From Promethearchaeati archaeon (GTDB taxonomy: Archaea; Asgardarchaeota; Heimdallarchaeia; Heimdallarchaeales; Heimdallarchaeaceae): a DNA stretch of 64,000 bases. The notes beneath the pieces were generated by a model. That model saw nothing but the letters and a program-made list of their open reading frames with translations, ran no database searches and had not been told where the DNA came from. Position 1 is the stretch's first letter, and each line of letters begins with the position of its first letter. The position numbers were made by a program, and so were the translations under genes. Below are positions 58,439 through 64,000 of the stretch, one piece after another. The stretch spans positions 192,001 through 256,000 of the forward strand of contig JABLTJ010000001.1 in assembly GCA_013166775.1 (NCBI GenBank). The letters run 5' to 3'.

Positions 58439-59401
58439 TTATTTTATTTTGTTTCTTATTAGTTCAAAAAAATTAGTTAAATCAATATTTCCTCCTGATA
58501 TTACTACACCTACTCTTTTTTGATGTAGATCTATTTTGTCTGATAAAACACCTGCTAATGATACAGCTCCAGAAGGTTCTACGACATGCTTCATTCGTGC
58601 CCAGAGAAATTCCATTGCGTTTACAATTTCCTCTTCAGTTACTGTGATTATCTTATCTACATTTTCACGTATAACCTTGAATGTATAGTTGCCAAGAGAT
58701 GTTTTTAATCCATCAGCAATTGTATTTGGATTAATTGATGGATAGATTTTACCGTCTCTAAAAGACCTAAAAGCATCATCCGCGTTCTTAGGTTCTACAC
58801 CAATAACCTTACCTTCTGAACAGAGGCTTTTTGTGGCTATGGCAGTACCAGAAAGCAGCCCTCCACCACCACATGGAGCAAAAACATAATCTAACTCACC
58901 TACTTCCTTGATTAATTCATAGGTTGCTGTGCTTTGACCGTAAATTATGTTCATATCGTTGGATGAATGAATCAAAGTATAGTCATATTCATCGATCAAA
59001 GATTGTGCCATTTCTTCCCTATCTCCTGGTTTTGTACCACAAAAAACAACTTCAGCACCATAACCTTTTGTTGCCGCTACTTTGATTTTTGGCGCGTTTT
59101 CTGGCATAACTACCGTTGCTTTCACTCTAGCCATTTTAGATGCTAAAGATAATGCTTGTGCAAAATTGCCAGAAGAATGAGTTGTGACTCCCTTTGCTTT
59201 TTTTTCCTCTGATAAACAGATTATGGCGTTTAAAGCTCCCCTGATTTTAAATGAGCCAGTTCTCTGATAGTTTTCCATTTTGAGGAAGCAAATTGCATTT
59301 GTTTCGTTGTTTAGAGTTGTTGATGTCATAACAGGAGTATGATTTATGTCCTCTCTAATCCTACTGTATACTTCTTCTATTTTCTCGAGCAATAATTTCA
59401 C
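58439..59401 (-). CDS. serine/threonine dehydratase or serine racemase family
   Basis: ENYQRTGSFKIRGA, HSSGN, PCGGGGLLSG, TIADG and SGGNID. Confidence 0.88.
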   Translation of the reverse strand: MKLLLEKIEEVYSRIREDINHTPVMTSTTLNNETNAICFLKMENYQRTGSFKIRGALNAIICLSEEKKAKGVTTHSSGNFAQALSLASKMARVKATVVMPENAPKIKVAATKGYGAEVVFCGTKPGDREEMAQSLIDEYDYTLIHSSNDMNIIYGQSTATYELIKEVGELDYVFAPCGGGGLLSGTAIATKSLCSEGKVIGVEPKNADDAFRSFRDGKIYPSINPNTIADGLKTSLGNYTFKVIRENVDKIITVTEEEIVNAMEFLWARMKHVVEPSGAVSLAGVLSDKIDLHQKRVGVVISGGNIDLTNFFELIRNKIK

Positions 59402-59404
59402 CGA

Positions 59405-60766
59405 TTAATGTTTACTTTTACCAGTAAATCTGAATGAATTTAATTTTAAGGCTGGAGTGACTGTTGTAATTCCTGCTTCTTCATCTCTCCCAATTAAAGC
59501 TACTTCTTTGAGAAATCTTGGAATATTATCAGTGAATCTAAAATTCTTAGCAGCAGAAACAACCTCACCGTTTTCTATGTATAATAAACCATCTCTAGTT
59601 AAACCAGTAATGGCGCCTAATCTTCTATTAACGAAATTTGTATAATGTAATCTATTAATGTAGAAACCTTTTTCGGTCTCTTCAATCATTTCAGGTACTG
59701 AAGAATCACCAGGATAAAGAATAAGATTTATAGGCATAACCATTCCGAAGATGTAATCTGAAAAAGGTATTACTTGGTGTCCTGTTGTTCTACTTTTATC
59801 ATTCAGATATCTTGATGCCATAAATGTATTGTAGAGAATTGTTTTAGGTACTCCATCCTCAACAAGGAATATAGGTTTTTTAGTAACACCTTCTCCATCT
59901 ATTGAGGAAGCTAATAGAGTACTATCATTAAGTGGGTCATCTAATAATGTTAATTTTTCATCGAAGAGTTGTGCTCCAATCTGATCAGCAATAAAGCTTC
60001 GAGATTCATGGTATTGTGCTCCAATGTAACCAAATGATAGAAAACGCATTAGAGTTCTAACAGCTGCTGGAGATAAAATAACTTCATAATCTCCTGAAGG
60101 ATAATCTTTCGCTGAACAAGTATTCACCGATAATTCAGTAGCTTTTCTTGAAAGCTCAACTGGGTTGAGTTTACTTGGATCTCTTACATGTTGTTCTTCT
60201 TTTGCGTATCCTTTGTTTTCACCTTCAGTCAAAGAATTAATTGTTAAACTATTGTAAGTCAATCTATGAGAAGAATCAATTCCATTAGAATTAATGATTC
60301 TAAAGCGAAGATCTGTTATTGAAACCGCACCAGCTAATTTTACTTTTTTCTCTATTTTTTCAGCTTCATTTATAGCTGCTTCCACAACATCTGCTCTCTG
60401 AAATTCATCCAGTAAATTATCAACTGTTGAGAGATTTTGTGCTTCTATATCCTTAGATTCAGGAAAACCTTGGAAAAAGGGAATGGCAGGAACAAATTCA
60501 AGTGAAGTATCTAGTTGTGTTATAGTTTTATCTATGGAAGAAAGTGTAAGCACTGTCAAAGAACTTGAGTTCATCTTTTTATCCTTCTCAACTCTAAAGA
60601 GAAATCTATATGTGTGATCAGAAACATTCTGATGGATGGTTGAATTAGCGAATCTAGTTAAGGCTTCCAATCTATCAATGCAACTCATTTCATAAGAATC
60701 AAAATCCCTAGATTCAAGTTTCTTTAAAGCATGTTCAATTACTGTATTTATTTTATCTGAAAACAT
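59405..60766 (-). CDS. tldE: TldE/PmbA subunit
   Basis: LTRFANSTIHQN, DGEGV, TTGH and TGLTRDG; lacks HExxH. Confidence 0.85.
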   Translation of the reverse strand: MFSDKINTVIEHALKKLESRDFDSYEMSCIDRLEALTRFANSTIHQNVSDHTYRFLFRVEKDKKMNSSSLTVLTLSSIDKTITQLDTSLEFVPAIPFFQGFPESKDIEAQNLSTVDNLLDEFQRADVVEAAINEAEKIEKKVKLAGAVSITDLRFRIINSNGIDSSHRLTYNSLTINSLTEGENKGYAKEEQHVRDPSKLNPVELSRKATELSVNTCSAKDYPSGDYEVILSPAAVRTLMRFLSFGYIGAQYHESRSFIADQIGAQLFDEKLTLLDDPLNDSTLLASSIDGEGVTKKPIFLVEDGVPKTILYNTFMASRYLNDKSRTTGHQVIPFSDYIFGMVMPINLILYPGDSSVPEMIEETEKGFYINRLHYTNFVNRRLGAITGLTRDGLLYIENGEVVSAAKNFRFTDNIPRFLKEVALIGRDEEAGITTVTPALKLNSFRFTGKSKH

Positions 60767-60905
60767 TTTATCACATTCAAATTACATGCTAAGAACATAG
60801 TTTCTTTTGCATTCTAAACGGATTTCGCATCAATTTAAATATTTCTCTGATGAGTTCGTTCTTCGAGAAGATTTCGGGTAAATCACCACAACTGTTTTAT
60901 TTCAT

Positions 60906-61556
60906 ATGTTTTCATTGAGAGATATGTCCGAATCATCTCATTCTGGATTCTTTGTTTGTATTGAGGGTATTGATGGTTCTGGAAAAACCACTCATGCTAG
61001 ACTCCTTGTTAAGAACTTATGTTCTCTTGGGTATGATGCTGTATATACAACTGAACCAACGAGATATTCCATTCCAGGAAGAAAGTTGCGGGAAAGCTTC
61101 TTTGCTCCTGAGAGGTTACCTGTAGAAGAAGAGTTTAGGCTTTTTCTTGACGATAGGGTTATTCATCTTAAAGATGAAGTTATACCTCAATTAGAACAAG
61201 GTAAAATTGTTGTAACTGATAGATATTATTTCTCATCAGTTGCTTATCAAGGGTCAAGAGGTTTGGACTGGAAATATATTCTTGAAGAAAATTTGAAAGT
61301 CTCTATTAAACCCAATATTGTTATTCTACTGGATATACCTGTTGATGATGCTATTGAGAGAATAGCTTCTGATCGAACAGAAGGAGTTAACACATTTGAG
61401 AAAAAAGAAACCCTTCAAAAGGTTAAGAAAATCTACTTACTTCTTGCTGAGGACGATCCATATTCTATCTATATAGTCAATGGTTCAAAACCGATTCCTA
61501 CAGTTCAAGATGAAATAAAAGATCTTTTCTTGAGTAGATATAGTAAACCTAGTTAA
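60906..61556 (+). CDS. tmk: thymidylate kinase
   Basis: EGIDGSGKTT, TEP and DRYYFSSVAYQG; the start may be 60924. Confidence 0.93.
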   Translation: MFSLRDMSESSHSGFFVCIEGIDGSGKTTHARLLVKNLCSLGYDAVYTTEPTRYSIPGRKLRESFFAPERLPVEEEFRLFLDDRVIHLKDEVIPQLEQGKIVVTDRYYFSSVAYQGSRGLDWKYILEENLKVSIKPNIVILLDIPVDDAIERIASDRTEGVNTFEKKETLQKVKKIYLLLAEDDPYSIYIVNGSKPIPTVQDEIKDLFLSRYSKPS

Positions 61557-62297
61557 TTATATCTTAAGAAAAATAATTATCAAAACAACAGAGGTTATTG
61601 ATAGAAGTATACAGAACACATCAAATAAACTAATTCTTAGATTCAGAACATGATTTTTTCTTCTTTTAGGTCTGAAACCTTTTACAACCATTACTTCAGC
61701 TAAGTCAACTCCTCGATTTATCGCTCCCGTAATTAGAGGATTTAGTGTTTTTTTCAATACATAGAAATGTCTTTTAAAATTCCACTTTTCTGAAACTAAC
61801 CCTCTAACTTTTCTAATGTCATTAATTGTCTTTGCTTCCTTGCCCAGTACAGGAACTAATTGGTAAATGGTAGTTAAGAACCATACAAATTTACCTGGAA
61901 AATACATTTTCTCTAAACTTACTGCTAGTTCATATGGGTCAACTGTATAGAAAAACCATGCAATGAAAAGAAAAGAAGCGATGAATCTGCATTCAATTAT
62001 TCCAAAAGTTGTATAGGGATTCTCTTTGCTTATCATGAAATATGCTATTACGGTTGCAATTAATGAAAAGAAAGTGAACAAGACTAGTGACCCAACTAGT
62101 ATTTTAAAACTAATTCGTGCAATCAATGTTACAAGTAATGAAAGGATTAGAACTCCTATGAGAACATACAGATTTTTTGTATATAGTACAATGATGAGAG
62201 ATGAAATGACAATAATCATTTTTGAACGGGGATCAAGATAGAAATTTCCATCGTATTTTTGTAAGGAAATGCTCCCATCAGTGCTTATTGTTGTCAT
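61557..62297 (-). CDS. ecfT: ECF transporter transmembrane component T
   Basis: LDPRSK start, multiple TMs and VRG/VKG coupling-helix motifs. Confidence 0.8.
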   Translation of the reverse strand: MTTISTDGSISLQKYDGNFYLDPRSKMIIVISSLIIVLYTKNLYVLIGVLILSLLVTLIARISFKILVGSLVLFTFFSLIATVIAYFMISKENPYTTFGIIECRFIASFLFIAWFFYTVDPYELAVSLEKMYFPGKFVWFLTTIYQLVPVLGKEAKTINDIRKVRGLVSEKWNFKRHFYVLKKTLNPLITGAINRGVDLAEVMVVKGFRPKRRKNHVLNLRISLFDVFCILLSITSVVLIIIFLKI

Positions 62298-63799
62298 ATC
62301 TCCACCTCATTCTTCTTATTTCCAAATCGGTTTAGTTGTTCATTTAGAAAAGAAGTGAACTGCTTTACATCCATTTTAGATTTGATTTTGCCTTCATCAA
62401 GATAAAATACTCTATCAACTAATCCCTCTAACCACTCCCAATCATGAGATATCGCAAGAATAATCTTCCCTTTTTGTTTCAAATCAAATAATTTGTTCCT
62501 TATCCAGTTCTTGTTGGACTTATCAAGACCATTTGTTATTTCGTCTAATATTATGATTTCAGGATCATGGAAGGTTGATGCAAGAAAGGCCAATCTTCTT
62601 TTTTCTCCATGTGAAAGTGAGTGGGGATTATTCTCCTCGTATTTCTCTAAACCACTTTCTTTTAGTAAATTAGTAATGTCAGAGATTACAATTTCGTCCC
62701 CAACATTCCTTTTTGTTAAAGCAATTTCGTCCTTGACTGTTTCCTCAAAAAATTGTAGTTCTGGGTTTTGAAAAACTATTCCAAGGTTTTTAGACCTTTC
62801 CTGCCAGCTTAAATCCTTGGAATCTTTGTTATTTATTTCAAGCATACCTTGCTTTGGTTTTAATATTCCTCCTATAATATTAAGCAAAGTGGTTTTTCCA
62901 GAACCATTGTCACCTATAATCCCAATTATCTCACCACTACTTACAGAAAGTGATATATTTGACAGTCTAAATGAATCTGAGAAGTTAAACAAGATTTCCT
63001 TCAAATTCAACAAGGTTTTATTAGATCCTGCAGGAAGTTTTCTTTTAAGAGAATCTCTTTTCTCAATCCCAATTTTTCTTGATTTAGATATATCTAGATG
63101 ATCTTCATCTATAGGAGAAATTTCTTCTATTACTGTTCCTTGTTCAAGGTTTACAATTTTTGAAGCAATTGGTAAGTATTCCTCATACTCATGTGATGCT
63201 ATAATAATTGTTTTTCCTTCTTCTTTCAATTTTCGGAAAATTGATTTAATCATAGTCCTATTTTTTTTATCTAAATTTGCTAGAGGTTCATCAGCTAAAA
63301 TGATACTAGGATTTCTAATAAGAGCACAGCCAATTGCTATTTTCTGTTTTTCTCCTTCTGATATTTTTTGTGGATTTCTTGGTAGTAAGGATTCCAATTT
63401 TAATTGCTTGGAGACACTTTCTATCCTTTCATGCATATCGTTCTCTTTGTAATCATGATATTCAAGCGGGAACGCTAGTTCTGTAAAAACATAAGGGGTA
63501 ATAAGAGAACTTTCAACTCTCTGTGGAATATAGCCTATTAATTCTGATACTGAGAAAATTGATTGGAGATTTGTATTTTGATTATCTATTGTTATTCTCC
63601 CTTTTAGCTCACCAGCATAGAAATTGGGTACTAAACCAAGTATAGAATAGCATAGAGTACTCTTTCCTGATCCACTCGAACCTGTTATCACAATAAACTC
63701 TCCTTTTGAAATTTGAAGATTAATATTCTTAAGAGCCCAGTTTTCTCTCAGATGAAATCTAAAACTAAAATCTTCAAAAGAGATTACAGGGGTGGTCAT
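62294..63799 (-). CDS. ECF transporter duplicated ATPase (A-A' fusion)
   Basis: Two ABC domains: GSSGSGKS/SEGEKQK/LADEP and GDNGSGKT/SHGEKRR/ILDE. Confidence 0.88.
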   Translation of the reverse strand: MTTPVISFEDFSFRFHLRENWALKNINLQISKGEFIVITGSSGSGKSTLCYSILGLVPNFYAGELKGRITIDNQNTNLQSIFSVSELIGYIPQRVESSLITPYVFTELAFPLEYHDYKENDMHERIESVSKQLKLESLLPRNPQKISEGEKQKIAIGCALIRNPSIILADEPLANLDKKNRTMIKSIFRKLKEEGKTIIIASHEYEEYLPIASKIVNLEQGTVIEEISPIDEDHLDISKSRKIGIEKRDSLKRKLPAGSNKTLLNLKEILFNFSDSFRLSNISLSVSSGEIIGIIGDNGSGKTTLLNIIGGILKPKQGMLEINNKDSKDLSWQERSKNLGIVFQNPELQFFEETVKDEIALTKRNVGDEIVISDITNLLKESGLEKYEENNPHSLSHGEKRRLAFLASTFHDPEIIILDEITNGLDKSNKNWIRNKLFDLKQKGKIILAISHDWEWLEGLVDRVFYLDEGKIKSKMDVKQFTSFLNEQLNRFGNKKNEVEI

Positions 63800-63819
63800 A
63801 GAGTTTCTCACATTTATTG

Positions 63820-64000
63820 CTATTTTTTAATTTCTTTTAGAAATAGATCCACAATTAATTCCAATTGCTTTTCTTTTTTTTCTGGAAAATCTTTGTTTTT
63901 TGAAATATTCATTCCAGCTGCAGTTTGGTGACCTCCACCTGATCCACCTAAATGTAATGCTAGATTATTGGATATATCTCCTAAGTTTAGATTATTTTTT
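63820..64000 (-). CDS. DHH/DHHA1 phosphoesterase, 3' end only (truncated by window edge)
   Basis: Frame reads ...NLGDISNNLALHLGGSGGGHQTAAGMNI...EIKK*; GGGHxxAAG is the DHHA1 signature. Confidence 0.8.
   Translation of the reverse strand, partial: KNNLNLGDISNNLALHLGGSGGGHQTAAGMNISKNKDFPEKKEKQLELIVDLFLKEIKK

Noticed and set aside
60848-60890. CTGATGAG resembling a hammerhead core or C box
   Set aside because: No downstream GAAA with stems and no CTGA D box at a suitable distance.
4293-63931. Many 60-120 aa ORFs antisense to or nested in long genes (e.g. 4293, 7970, 15794, 17319, 20975, 41303, 62817, 63713)
   Set aside because: Shadow frames of well-supported genes, with no motifs or ribosome-binding sites.

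Overview
AT-rich archaeal chromosome segment, probably from an Asgard archaeon (inferred from archaeal information-processing genes plus a 7TM/longin-like protein, a HEAT-repeat protein and large type I surface proteins). It is mostly housekeeping DNA: an intron-containing tRNA-iMet, GGR-rpo10-rps2-mvk-ipk, rpl7ae-rps28e-rpl24e-ndk-(inserted surface protein)-infB, tiaS, an hsp20-cdc48-regulator heat-shock operon, leuS, bacterial-type thrS, tldD/tldE, tmk and an ECF module. It also carries accessory peptidases, PLP enzymes, DNA alkylation-repair genes and lipid-handling genes. I saw no CRISPR array, rRNA, transposase or integrase. The most notable signals are not in the ORF track: (1) long structured 5' leaders upstream of both leuS and thrS, each with TTGAGGA followed by a 9-codon uORF that has the cognate amino acid at codon 7, a candidate archaeal attenuation system; (2) an unannotated 56-aa short alpha3/face-to-face-type histone with a duplicated 3' end; (3) a kink-turn over the rpl7ae Shine-Dalgarno (SD); (4) two candidate sRNAs. 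Protein-level oddities include an aminotransferase-SCP2 fusion in a lipid cluster, FakA/FakB-like genes, an MscL with its bundle helix at the N-terminus, and a surface protein ending in PPxY. All family calls come from motif recognition by eye and all RNA pairings were found by hand; no searches or folding programs were run.
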